64,000 nucleotides of DNA from Balanoglossus misakiensis. Lineage: Eukaryota; Animalia; Hemichordata. Positions 37,501 through 52,500 of the stretch are shown piece after piece; the first letter of the stretch is position 1, and every line of letters begins with the position of its first letter. The translations under genes were made by a program, and so were the position numbers. The stretch is taken from contig CM082592.2 of assembly GCA_040954595.2 (NCBI GenBank), positions 3,054,735-3,118,734 on the forward strand, read 5' to 3'. Below the pieces are notes generated by a model. The model ran no database searches and was not told the DNA's origin. It saw nothing but the letters and a program-made list of their open reading frames with translations.

Positions 37501-40500
37501 TTACTTTCTAAAAGAAGCATTTGAATATAGAAAAAAAGTCTTCAACTAATCCAAGGTTTTTTATATCAAGTTTCTTACTATTTATGGATGTTTAAATTTC
37601 TGAAAGTGAACCAATCACATCCACATTTATTTCATGAATTTTAATGTGGTGCTATAATTTGTGTTACAGAATGCGGAGGGACGTTGAATGTTTCAAGTGG
37701 TGTTATCATGTCTCCAAATTTCCCATCAAACTATGACAGTCATTTAGATTGTCGCTGGTTAATTATTCAAAGCCAGGGTCTCTTCATCGAATTGGTTATC
37801 TCATCGGCTGAATTAGAAGACGACGCGAATTCTGGTTGCTATGACTATGTGAATGTCTATGATGGCATTGATGAAATATCAACAATGTTGACATCATTGT
37901 GCAAGACACGGACAAACTCCAGTCTAATCCTGAAATCCTCTGGAAATTCAATGCTTATCGTCATGAAAAGTGATGCTACTTATAATTACCAGGGGTTTGA
38001 GGCATCTTTTACAAGGATTATAGGTGGGTACTTGTTATTCAGGAGGAGAGATAGATACCGAGAATGTTTTGAAAACAAGACGATCTTTCCTCTCTGTCAA
38101 ATTTATTTGCAAACCATATATTCTTTGGAACCTTAAACATAATTTTTCCATTATAAGAATATTTATTACAAGATTGGCACACTAGTAAAGCATTATTTTG
38201 AAATATATATTATCAACTAAATTCTGTGCACTTATGCAACAAATGTTTACATAATATTACAGTATTGGACTCTTACATTCAAATATAATAATAAGCCAAT
38301 ATAAAAACCATATAGAGCAGTCAACTGTTCATCTACTTCATATATATAATTGTAAATATCCAACATACTGCATGCCTGGTTTGTGATTAGCATGTCGGGG
38401 CAGGGGTCAGCCAAGTGTCTGTTTTCATAAATGATTGCTGTTTCACATTATGAAATATTAATATATTTCAAGATATGTAAATTAGTTTAATTTGTATTGT
38501 TCGTCTGATGGTAGTCAGCCTAGTGCAAAAGGTGTCAGCAGTGGTTGATCAGTAGACATAAGCAATGTACAGGTGTTTGTGATTGTTTATCCGTAGGTTG
38601 TGGTGGAATTATGGACGAGGACAACCGGGTCATCCGTTCTGTTGATTATCCAGACTACTCCGAGCGTCCCATGCATTGTATCTGGGAGATTGAAGCTCCT
38701 GACAGGCAAATCATCTATTTCACTATTCTTATTTTCGAAGTGACATGTGTACCTACCAAAAATGATGAGGATTATGTGGAAATTCACGAGACAAAACCTG
38801 ATCGCACTGGCGACTTGGTTTTCTCTCAGCTTTACAGCAATGCAATATGCGAGGGTATGGCTGCTACACAGCGAGTGGCACTTGGCTACCTTACTTTCAT
38901 GTCATCAGGCAACAGAATGAAGTTTATTGTCAGCCTACGAGGGAGACATCGGATGCTTGCTTATTATCAGACAAGTAAAGGTATGGCTTGTTATCTCATT
39001 TTGCATGTAGGTGCTTCAATTACGAGACTACAAGTTGGAATAGTGATCATATCAACCCTAATATGTCATCAGCCATCATGCATTACCATTTTTGTATCCC
39101 AATAAGTCTGTCATTTCAGGAAAAATGCATTTCCGTAAATCAGAGATCTATCACTGCCTTTAGCAGTGTTCTCATATAGAAGCCAATATTTAACAACTGT
39201 CAGCCTGTCTGTCATAGTGTATCTATGTCATTGATATCTTTTGTACAACTGATCAGATATGAACAAAATTTGGTGCTCCAAAACTGGTATAAACTTCAAT
39301 TATGTGCATACGAATTTGTGAAATATACTTTATATCCATCCAAAATGATGTTGCTTATACATATATTATGTTGCAACTTGTCAAGGTATCCCGTTTTAAC
39401 AATTTGAGGTTTCATACAATATTTTGATAATGTTCATATTATCAGTTTACTTTGAAGCACATTGAGTTCATTGTATTCAATATCTTCATTTTCAGCCCGT
39501 CAAGAATGCGGTGAACATTGGCTTCTCTTTGATGGTCGATGTTTTGGACCACTGTGGTTAACCAGTGGACACAAATACATACCAATCAATGAGATGAGAC
39601 TGAACTCAGACAGGGCTAATGAAACGTGCCGTACAGAAGGTGGTATGATTGCGAGCATTCCAACCATGGCTGCACAGAAATTCATCGAGAAGAATATTCC
39701 ACCTAATAACATCAACGGCTATCACATTGGTCTGAGAAAATCTCCCAATTCATTGTCATGGTCATGGTTTGGACATTATCAGTACACATACTCTAACTTC
39801 TTAAGAATGAATGAAGAGTCAGAGATGGAAGATTGTGGTTACCTTAAGCCTAGAAACCTATATCAGTGGGATTATGATACATGCAATCGTAAATACCTGT
39901 CAGTGATTTGTGAGAAAGGTGGGTGAATCATGAATACTATAATTGTATTTGTTATTTGAAGGCATAGGAGCTTTTCAATTTCAAGAGACATACATTTTAT
40001 ATACATTTATTTTTTTGAACATGGTTATTTATTTACTTTGCTTATTCTAGATGTTTTGGTGTCAGATGTTATAATAGTGATTGCATGCAGATAGAAATGC
40101 CACGGTTAATAGTTTCAATATAAAATACAGATATGGGCATCTGCCATGCTTGACTTTATTTTTATATATTTTTTTACATATTAAGATGCGAACGAATGTT
40201 TCTTTGACAATGGTGGATGTGCTTTCAATTGTGAGAATTCACAGCTTAGCCATTCTTGCAGTTGTCCACATGGTTACTACCTAAATCCAAGCAACGACAG
40301 GAACTGCATTGGTAAATTAAATTGTACTTGTCTTTTTGTTGTTTTATAGCAGGGTCAAATACTATAATTAAACATATCTGTGACACTTATTTTAATTTCT
40401 GATACCACTTTTCCTTAGCCCATGCTCAAACTACAAACTCCATAAATGATACCCATCTTAGAATACAGTAGTTGTCACTTAGAAATTGAAAAAAGTTACA

Positions 40501-43500
40501 TCATTTATGAACAAGACAAGCAAATTATTTAGAAAACTGTGTCAGTATTCCCATTTCTATTTGTGTTATGTCCAGAAATCTGCAAACCATCTATGGGCTA
40601 TGATTGGACCTTCTTCAATGGTTCATGCTATAAAGGTCAACACACAGCAATGAACTGGAGTGAAGCAGAGGTTTCATGCAATAGGGTCTTCAGTCATCTT
40701 CTCAAAGTGGAGCATCAAAGTCTTGAGGTGAGTCAGGAACTAAGCAGCCATACACAGGAGAATCTTGCAATTGTCTTCTGAGATAATCATACATTTGACA
40801 GAGAAGCTTATGTACATTTGCAGGAAGTCATTCTTTATTTCCTTTATGTATGTCATCGTTATGCCAACAATATGATTAAAATACCAATGGCGTGTTCCGG
40901 GGAGAAATGTTTGCCTTTTTGATCACACACTCAATTTTTCATGTCTCAAAGTTCATGTCTGCGAGTGTATCATGGTAAGTCTTTTTTCTGTAACTGTGCT
41001 GATCAGTTAGGAGCATAGTGTCTTTGACTATTATATATGTTTACTTTTTCTTTTCCATTTCAGACATATTTACGTGCTACTGGCTCGTACGATGTTCCCA
41101 TCAATGCTGGCTTTTTTCTACCAGCAGATTTTTACTGGATTGGCCTGCACAGAATTGGTCTGCAAACATGGGAATGGGTGGATGGTTCTCCTCTTGCCGG
41201 TTATTCAAACTTTTATCAAAGTTCTGGTCAATTACATAGCTGTGTTGCTACAAATGGGAGTCAATGGATTGCTACGGATTGTGATGAAAACTTACCATCA
41301 TTATGTCAGATTGGTTAGTTCTCTTGTTTGAAGTGATTGCATATTTTAAAAGAAGTGAAAAAATGGATAAATATCACGACGGCATTGTTAGGTTTATAGG
41401 ATGTGTGGCTTTCATCCCATATACCAGGACAAGAATTGCAGGTGAAAAAAATCGCACTTTCCCATTGCTCGCTCTCTTAAAAGGGGGTTTGAATTCTAAT
41501 TGGTGTTACTTTGTGCTAATTTAGAATGTTGTGAAGACATACCCATCGAGGAAGCCTGTAATAGCCAAGTGTCTTCAACATTCGAACTACCTATTGGAAA
41601 ACTTCAGTCCAAAAACTACCCACTGACCTTTGATCCAAACATGAATTGCGAGTGGAAGATTGTATTGCAAGAAGGAAGTTTCATAAGGTAAGCCTATGTA
41701 CACAGAGTTTCGATGATTTAGAACATGACTGAACATGACTTACCAGTGATAGCATGCCCAGATTCCTGAGAAATATGCTGTATTTATTATACATTTATGT
41801 TCTTCGTTCATGTAGCTTGACATTTGAACGCTTAGTGTTATCCAGTGATGGCAGCTGCAGCAACACCCTCACAGTATATGACAGCACAAAACCAGAGACA
41901 GAATCTCGCATCAACGAATATTGTGGTGATATTGAAGATCTCACCATTCGTTCGAGTTTCAACTACTTAACCGTAACATTCCAGAGTGATCTGTCAGTCA
42001 CCGGCGTAAAGCTTGGATTTCTAGCAATATTTTCTCAGACAGGTATTGCCATGTACATTTATGTTGAATCGTTTATAAATTACTTTATTGGTGTAACGGA
42101 TTATTAGGTTGAAGAAAACGGTTGACTTGCTGACCATTACAATTTATTTATGGCCAAAGGCACATCAAGAGGAAATGCTGAAAAATATGCGAGGCAAAGC
42201 CGGGCTAGCCACTTTATTCCTACAACCGTTCTCTGTTCAAATTTATGCTTACAACACTACCGGTACATGCATCTCATATTTAATCGGTGAAGGTCATATA
42301 TTTCATTCAGTTCACATCTACAACTCATTCTGCCAGTTTATGGGCAGTGCGTAGCATAGTTTTGCAGACATTTTAATTTTGTAGAACATGACCTTTTCCA
42401 CTCATGTGTTTAGTCAACACTGTAATTGACTCCTTGAAGATGAGAAATGTGCTAGTAAATTCTATATCGAGGAGTTGATAAATACAAAATCGATGAATTT
42501 GAATTGGTTGATATATAAACGAACAAACTGATACCTACTAATTTAATCACGTTTTCTGTTCTGGTGATCATTATAGACTGTGGATTTGGTAGCTGTGAAT
42601 CTGGGTGTGGTGGTCCAAGCCATTTATCAGATCCAGTAGGTACTTTTTCAAGCTCCCTGGCTTCTGGTCCTGGACAAACAATGTACAATCGATGTCAATG
42701 GACAATAACGGTGGACAATGGAAAATATATACTGCTACGCTTTGATTCCTTCAATATACCCGCGCAAAATAAAGTAGGAGAGGATTGCCTGGATTTTGAT
42801 TATGTGGAGATGTATGAAGGAGGATTGGCATTGGCGTCCTCCCTCATAGGTCGCTATTGTGGTTCACAAATCCCGCCATTTTTAGTGACAACCAGAAACC
42901 AACTTACTGTTCGTTTTAGCAGTGGTAATCCAGTTAGTGGTGTTGGATATTTTAGTGCATCCTATGAAACACAAGGTATGTTTGATTTCTCTATACACGG
43001 TTGATGCTCTAGAAATAGCACGTAGCATTCATGGTGTTTGGATTTGTCCGATTGTACCAGGGAATGTGCACCATCTAATCAGAGTAACAAGATGATTCCT
43101 TAAATATATTATATATTTCATTTTTGAGGTATGGTGGTTGTGGTATGTATAGCACGGTGTGTTTTTTCATAAATATTTCATTTCTCCAGGCCAATCGGTA
43201 TTCAAAACCCAACCACTTAATTAAAACAAACCATTAATACATGTATTGAAGTATGTTTGCACAATATTGGACACATAGTCTTACAGGTGTACATGCTATA
43301 ATTTTGTTTTGCAAAACCTTCACTGTCAATGATTGACTATATCTTTCAAGACTGTTTCCAGTGTAAATGTTGTACCAGCAATGCAAACAAATGAGTAAGG
43401 AAACATTTGAATAATTTGCAATAATAGTAGAAAACAATTCCTCACGGTTGGAGCTATACTTCTCAGTTACATGTGTGTCTAATAATGCAGATAAACGATC

Positions 43501-46500
43501 TAAACTATTTTGCATTACTTGGATTTTACTGTTCAGTTTCTGACTTTTTTACAGAATGTCATGGCTTAGCCACGGGTGTTCGTAAATGTCCTCTATATGA
43601 AGTGCGAGCATTCAACCATAGTTGTGGTTACCTTCAGTCCAGTAACTATCCAAACGCCTACCCCGAGAACAGCCGATGCAGTTGGATGCTCTCTGTCATG
43701 GAAGGCAAATACATTGAACTTAACTTTTTACACTTTGATGTTCCCACCGATGGAGATTCGTGTACTGATTATGGTGTTAACATATATGATGGTGGACAAC
43801 GCGAATTTTCACTTCTGATAGACTCATACTGTAATGCCCACAAACCACATGGTTCTATTCTGTCTAGTGGAAACACACTTTATATTTCATTTAATGGTGC
43901 TATTCCTGGTTTGGGATTTGCGGCCACGTACTTTGCTTTGAGTTATATTCCACCTGTGGAATTAGTACATGACTATGATAAGGGTGAGTATCATGGTTTA
44001 TTAATACCTCTTTGACAATTATAGTCTCTCTTCTTTGTAACACACAACTGCATTTTAGTTTTGACCATGTTTCATAACAGTTTACATTTAGTTTTCGAAA
44101 AATCATTTAATAAATCAGATAAACCACATGAGCCTGATTGCGGTCTACAACATGTCATAAAACATGAGTTTCAGAATTGTTATGCCACCTCGCCAAAATG
44201 GCCTATGCCGACGAACTCATGGATCAAAATCTCTGAAATGAATAGAAATTATTAATGTAAGGACAATAGACACTGCAAAAACTTTTAATTTTTCGTTTTT
44301 GTTAGATTATAAGTGTAGTGAAGAATGGAGTCTGTATGATAAAAAGTGTTACAAGTTTCATCGAGGTGAACCCATTTCATGGATGGAAGCAGAAAGTGAC
44401 TGCATCCAAAATGGTTCTCATCTAGTCAGCATACTATATCATGCAGAAATGGTTTACATTCATTACATGCTTTCTACTCAGTGGAGAAGTGGATACACAA
44501 AAACATATATAGGTGAATATTTAATAGTATTTCACAAAACTAAGATTTTGGTTCAGAAACTTTACTTAAATTATCGGAAGACTTGGATATGCTAATGTTA
44601 ACTTATTTATTTATTTCACCATTTTTACACACAAAAAATAAATAAATAATACAAGTTTGGTCTCTAAGCAGGGCTTACAGATTCTGGCAATGAAGGGACC
44701 TTCCGCTGGATAGATGGTAATCCAATGAGTTATTCTGATTGGTTAGTGCATATTGTAATACTATTTCATAAACATTATACATACTCCAGTATCAGTATAT
44801 GTGTCTGAAAATACTCTCTATATGAAAGCTGTGACTAGTTCCAGGATGTAGTATATCGCATGCTCTTACGATGGAACTGATACTTCCTAACCATGTGTAT
44901 GTTTATCATATCAGGGCTGAAAAGAGTATTCGTAATGGCAATGAAAAGCAACCTGACGGTGGTATATTTGAGGACTGTGGTTTGTATGTTCTTGACAACA
45001 TATACTCTACCAAACATTGGCATGATGTTGCCTGTGCATATGATGATGTGCAACAGTATATCTGTAAAAAGGAAGCGGAATATATAGGTATTGTACCATG
45101 TCTGCACGGTCTTATGTCAAGTTTCCATGTTCTGATACAAATTATGCAATGAGTATACAAACATTTTTCTCTTGTAATTAGGAGAGACGCCACCTACAGA
45201 TATGCCTTATGATGGAAGTTCACAGTTAGGTATGTATGTAACTACCTCAAGCTAGCATTGATGGAGGGTCTTAATCACTATTCCCATTATTTTATTGTCT
45301 GGGGTAAATGCCATTGGAGAGATTATCCTTCAGGAACATTTAAAGTTTTTCTTCATAATGTGTGTTAAAACAATTCGTGCAAACTGCCATTTCACCATTT
45401 CTGGCAGGTACACAAGTCTACTGAAGCATATCATACTGTTAACATCGAATATGTAATTGTGTCATTTAGATTACCATTTACATTTTAGAAAGATGAACGT
45501 CTTGTAATGCCATTGTAGGTATAATTTAACATTTGTTTAATTACAATATTAGTGCTTATCATATTTTGCGTTAACAGTGTGTCCTGCAGGTTGGAATCTT
45601 GTGGCTTTATCCTGTTTGACTCTTGAGACGGCAAGCATCACTCCAAGGTCCTCTGAGGAATTAACACCCAATGGACTTACCTGGCAGGCAGCGCAAGATC
45701 ATTGCAGAAGTCAGGATGCTAATCTCGTTAGCGTGAAAACATTCGAAACTCAAGAGCTCCTTGAGTTTTACTTGGAGAACGTGTGGATGACAACATCGAG
45801 AGAAGTTTGGATTGGTCTTACATATAAGGCAAATAGTGAGACGCAGCTCTGGATTTCTGGTGATATTGTTGCCTTCACGAATTGGGAAATGGATGAGGAA
45901 GTGATGCAGGGAGATATGCTTCAAGGGGATGTTTGTGTCATGATGGTTGTACAGGATGACAACAGCTGGAAATGGAGGAAGGCATCATGTACCGACACTC
46001 AGATTTCATCATTTCTCTGTGAACTACCAGCTCAAGGTATCCTTCTTATCATATTACCTGGAACTAAGACCTGTGCATAATTACTAAACACCTCACATAA
46101 AATATACATTTCCAATGGAAATGTATGACGACTACAAGGAAACTTAGATCACACACTACACCAACTAGGTCCTGTAATTCACGCTGCAAAACTTGTTTTT
46201 CTTTGTTCACTAGAAAAGGAAGTTGTATGTGAGAGAGATTTATTTACCTGTGGTGACAGAACCTGCATCCTCCCAGTTTATGTTTGTGATGGAAACACAG
46301 ACTGTTTCGATGGTTCTGATGAACTTGGATGTTGTAAGTATTGGATGCATTCCCCGTCTGAAGTTAGAATGATTATAGTTCTGATATAATTTTAATATGA
46401 AGCAAGTCCTTTCAAATGTGAATGGTGTATTGCTATTAATTTTGACAATTTCACTCTTTATTAAACTACATGCATATGTGCATTTTCTTTTCATATTTGG

Positions 46501-49500
46501 TTTTGCCAAATTTCACTCCCGAAGCCAAGTCTAGTTTAATGTACTTGAACTGAATCGTTATTCAAAGTCACCAAATGCACAGTCGTATTTAGTGTATGAA
46601 GACATAATATTTCCTTTTACAACAAATTGTTTTAATATTCGGATGAACCTACTGGTGGGTATTAATCGGTAGAACGGTAAAGGTTCATGCTTTCAGTGGA
46701 TATTTCAGAAGACTATGAGGACATGATTGAGGACTAAAACCTTTTGATTATCAACTCATTAGTACATTTCTGACATATTCCTATTTTGATCTCCGTGTCC
46801 ACCTATCCAGCAGAGGAATGTTCTAATCACAGTTATAGCTGTCATAGTGGAGGATGTATATCAATGACATCCTACTGTGATTTCAAGAATGACTGTGAAG
46901 ATGGCTCTGATGAATTCAATTGTGGTCAGTATTAACTATTTCCTTCTTTACATAAGCAAATGAATTAAATCAGTGATACCATGTAAAACTGTACAATGTG
47001 TGTGCCAGAAACGAATGGTCTTCTGTCTCAGTCAGCCAATTGTTTCATATCATTTGAATTTGTTTTCTGATGTACCTCAAGAGTATTCAACCAAAATGTA
47101 TCCAAAACGAATTACCAGTATACTTTTAACTATTCAATGAATCCAGTGTTATTTTGGCATGAAGCAGTCCCAGGCTGTATCACAAGTCTCCTGACAGCCA
47201 TATAAAAACGCCAAATAGAAAATTCAGATAAGCCATGAAATACATTTTAGGGACTGGTCAGATATTTTCGGCAGGGTGGATTCATGGAGAGGTCACCCTG
47301 TTTTGAAATTGGTTGATGGGGGATTACGGGGGGCTCTCCCAGTTTTTCCATGTTCAATTGGGGGTCGGTCACTTTTTGATATCCAAAAAATACACTGGCA
47401 TTTTCTTCGACGTTTTCTGATGCTACTGTGTGTACTTAAATATTTCCATTTATTCCAGTGCACCCAAATTGCTCAAAGGAAGAGTTTGTCTGTAGCAATG
47501 GACAGTGTATTGATATTAGAAAACGGTGTGATTTCCTAATTGACTGCATTGACGGCTCAGATGAAGAAAGTTGCGGTAATTAAAAATCCAACACTTATTA
47601 AGTCTAGAGTTCGAGTATTATTGTTGACCATAACTTTGATAAAACAAACTTTCAGTGTTCTGTTACAATTCACTCACTGGTTCGGACCGAAATATCTTAC
47701 ATACCTTCTTCATCATTCAGTACCGTCCCCAGGGTTCTACACCTACATACTACTGGGCCTTCATGTAATGTCTAGAAATACAACAAGAGACATCAAAAAT
47801 TGAGCCATAACGTCTGAATATAGATTTGAATTTTTCCTCATATTTATACAGAAAACATATGCCCTGAGCCGCCGGGCTTTCTCTGCTTCAACGGTGAATG
47901 TATCCCTAGCAGACGAGTTTGTGATGGCATCTTTGATTGTCAAGGCTTACTGCGTGAAGATGAAAACACAGAAACATGTCAATGTACGTTTCAGTGAATT
48001 ATTAGTTCATAGAGTAATCGCCATAAGTATTACATGCTCATCTGAGTAATTAACATATGTTTTGTATTAAATATTGTTTGTTTTGGTCAGTCTTTTCAGA
48101 AGCCATTTTTTACAGCAAACAGTAGTACACTATTGCTGTAAGTTTTATTGTAAGAAATGGTTTAGACATCACGTGACTGAGTAAACTGTAACTTTGATCG
48201 TGGGTGCACAATTAGAATATAACAACTTGAAGACACTGATCTGTGTGTTATGTTCTCTTTGCAGTCAAAGACATGTGTGATGACCATCTCTTTCAGTGTC
48301 AAAACAAGTTTTGCACTGACAGAAGTGTCATGTGTATCTATGACGTTGATGAATATGATATACCGAAGGGATGCAGAGATGCTACACATCTTAGATACTG
48401 CGGTTTGTAGTTACATTTCTACTTATTTACATTGAAAACAAAATAATGCAATCTTAACTGAATTGCCCAATTGTTCCACGCGGGGTTTCCTTTCCCACTG
48501 AGCTCATGTTAAATCAAGACAACTGCATTATCGTTTGACAGATGTACTGCCCCGTCCATTAAGTTCTACTCTGACACAGTTGCCGGACCAGGTGGCTTGA
48601 TTATGGATGTCACTTTTTATTTCTTGTATATTTGCAGAGAACTTTTATTGTGATTATACAGCATTCAAATGCCCTAACAGCTACTGCATACCACTTCGTA
48701 AACGATGTGATGGTATACATGACTGTCCTTATGGTGCTGACGAAGAAGATTGTGGTGCGTAATTATTCAAATTTAACTTGTTATACAAACAACATTGAAT
48801 TGAAACAGGAAAAGATGAAAACAACTGACGTTACTTTGCACTTTCTGGTGCTGGAATCGGATGGACTGAAGTATGACGCTAGTAAATAGGATGCCTTTGA
48901 ATTTTTTTTTTCACATAAAGTTTGCATTCAGTTGAGACATTTGCCACAATGTAGGATTGGGTAATTTCTTTATAACGACTTACAAATCATTATTTAAGCA
49001 GATAGAATACCTGTAATATTATACTAGTATTTTCACAACAATTTTTGATATTTTTCCCATGGTCATATTGAAAAATTCACAGTAGATATCTTGTTTATAA
49101 TGCAAAGTATCACAGCAGAGCTGTAGTGGCCGCTATAGCTCGCTTATTTATAAAATTTCATTGGAAGATATTCATTTGTAGGCAATGATCAATGTGTTAC
49201 ACACATGCAGGTGTAACAGAGTTACCAGTCTTTATTTGGTTTTAATGTAACTTCCTTATGTAATGTTACATATTTCAGAGAACTATTCATGCCCTGGACA
49301 TTATAAATGTCATAGACAGGATTTTTGCATACCTATAATACAAAGGTGTGATGGAATTAAACAGTGTGGTGATGGCGATGATGAAATGTTGTGTGGTAAG
49401 TCTATTATCATGCACCCATAGCAATTGTGTTTTGTTGTCTTGCGTTATCATGGAACAGACGTTGCTAATTAATGCTAATTATATGCTAAATATTAGCAAT

Positions 49501-52500
49501 GCCCGGGTCATTGCTCCGGCTAATCAGTAGCGTGTCACCTAATGTGATTCACTTGAACGATGTCAGAGTCAACATCGCATTTTGAGTTCTATTGACAGGC
49601 AAAATTTCAGAAACGACGATAGCATACTGCGTTTTCAGACCCTCTGTGTGTGAGTCTATCTAAAACACACTGGGGTCTGGATTCCATACTAAGTCGCCAG
49701 TGACATATTCATACTTTGTAGATATTGATTATATGTTGTCTTCAATTTCTAATCCCTAAATTGTAATATTACGCACATTATGGAATTACAATCTTGGCGT
49801 TTGTGTTGTTTAGAATTGGCGTGTTGCAAATATTGTGCTTTTCATCTTTGACAATGGTTGACAATCATGCAATAGCTCATTTTGCATTTACAAGATTTCC
49901 CTATCACGGTATTGTCAAACAAAACATTCTCTTCACAGATATTGCCTGCCCTGAAAAATGTGAGTGTACTGGCTTGACTATTGATTGTACTGGTCACAAC
50001 TTCACACATATTCCTCATGAGGTTTCCAGACAAGTCAGAAGACTGTAAGTTTTTGAAGTTTTTGTTTATTATTCATTCCTGCCATAGGTTGAAATGAACA
50101 TTGTGCACACAGTATTAAAGAAGCTACATTCATTTTAGCCCCAGCTAAATTAAATTAAATGATATCAAGTGAGATGTTGACCATCATCACGGCATTGCAT
50201 TTCTTTTGCTTGTTTCATCAGAAGTTTGAAAGACCGCAAAACAAAATCCATTCAGGATATAGTTTGCCTTTAAGGACGAATTCACAACACTGTATACATA
50301 TATAATACATTCACTGGAATGACCAATGTACTATACCCATACATTCACCGAACCTGCAAAATCATGCACATGTCTGATTTGTTTTGCTTTTATTTGCAGG
50401 GATTTTGGTCAAAATTGGCTGCGAATTGTTGACAGTGACTTCAGTGGATTTCCTTACCTTGGAGAGTTGTAAGTCATTGATTCTATGTGTTATCTGCTAT
50501 ATTGCATATCTTCTAGTATTTCAATCACACAGAATCCTACAGACCATTTCTTTATACATGTAATGGGAATAAGAACCATTTCAAAAATGTAGGATTGCAA
50601 TGCATATATATTGAATCTTATTATAACTTATTTATTTGTACCTATGACATGCATGAATGAATGACCATTTGGTCGCTCATAGCCTTCTGAGGCTTCGGTA
50701 CACACACACCTTCAGTTTATGAAAATGCTTTACGTTCTTGTTTAAAATGATCATCACCCCTTTCCACATTTAGATATTGATATGTTTTACACGGACAAAT
50801 AATAATTTGTCTTAAATTTATCTTTCCAGGGACTTATCATTTAATTACTTATCAAATATTCCAGTCAGAAGATTTGAACCTCTAAAGAACCTGTATAAAC
50901 TGTATGTTCACTATTATTATTTAGAAAATACCGCAAATAAGGCACTCAGACATTAGCGCCGTGCATTGCGCTTCGGGGTATACGCTATACTAATTTCTTC
51001 TTGCATACTTTTCGTTAACCTCTGTAGTTTGTACGGTATGTACATGTAGTAAGTGCATGTGTTAACATCCAAAACACAGGTGGACACTATTATTGGAAGT
51101 ATCGGATAACATGGTCATCCTGCAAGATTTGTTTTCTTCTTAAAATCTGTCCTACAATTTATGTTTACTCCAACTATATATTTAGGATGAGATTCTTTTG
51201 TCTGCAACAAGGGTGTCAAGGACTAACCTTATATGCCATTTACACTGTTTGATGTGCATCTCAAATAAATATTGACCAATTCTCTCGCTAACTTTTATTG
51301 CAGTGATCTCAGTGGTAATAATATTAAAATTCTCCGAGAAAATACATTTGCTGGATTAGAGAGACTTGAACAATTGTAAGTTAAGACAGTAGTTGTGGTT
51401 ACATAAACATAGTTCTTTCAAACTTGTAAGCTGTGCAGAAATAATAAAATTATTATTTAGTACTGTATACCAAATCTTGCCAACTTTCAAGTCTTTATTT
51501 TCTGATTGGACGCTTCTGTATTTTAGATGTAAAGTGTTTATTGTTTTGCCGAATATTCTTCAGTTTAAATCGTATGTAACTTTATAGTTGTCCTGTTTGC
51601 TAAATAAATTAACTCAACATTGTAGACTTAATAAACTGTAACTATCGTCTCCAATCAGATTACCAAAATTAGGCTATAATACATTAAAAAATAGGAGGTA
51701 ATTAAGAGATATTTATCTTTATTGTAGGCTACTAACGAGAAATCCCATAGAAGAAATTGAACCGAATACATTCAAAGGTTTGCACAATCTACCCAACCTG
51801 TAAGTATATTAATATTTTGTCGTTTTCTTATAAACGTGTATATTCTGACGCCAGAACCAGAGCAGTTCAAGCATAGTGGCCATGACTCTCTACATTTACG
51901 TCTTCATTAACATAACACCTATGTTTGTTGTTATGCACATCAGCTACCACGCTGTAAGAAATGTCTTACAGTGTGTGTGCCATAAGTATTTTACAACATG
52001 CCACAATACAATTATTGTGAAAAATATAAAATATAATGTTGACGAACATTATGCATTGGCTATCTTTGAGAAGCATTTATTTCTAACACACCTTTGTCCT
52101 TTTGTTTAGAATTCTGACTAATATGGATATTGTGAATCTTGAGACTGGAACTTTTAATGGCTTGCCTATGATGGAATTCTTGTAAGTTAATGTCATATAT
52201 ATGCATGAATAATCCACTCTTTTCAAATGCTCGACAAGGAAGCCAAGGTCTTATGGTTTATTTATCCTTGTCTGTATTAATTAAAAGATTGAGAATATCT
52301 CCCATTTGTGGCACATATTCGCTAACTTTGTAAAGTGTGACCCATTCGTGTGTAGAAATGTAATGAATTTGTAGGTTTACATGTAAACTATAAATCTTTG
52401 GCGTCTTCAGGAATTTATCAGGTAACAGACTTAATACCATTGCGGGCGGTGCATTCAATGGACTACATAGCTTAAGGAGGCTGTAAGTATATATGTCATT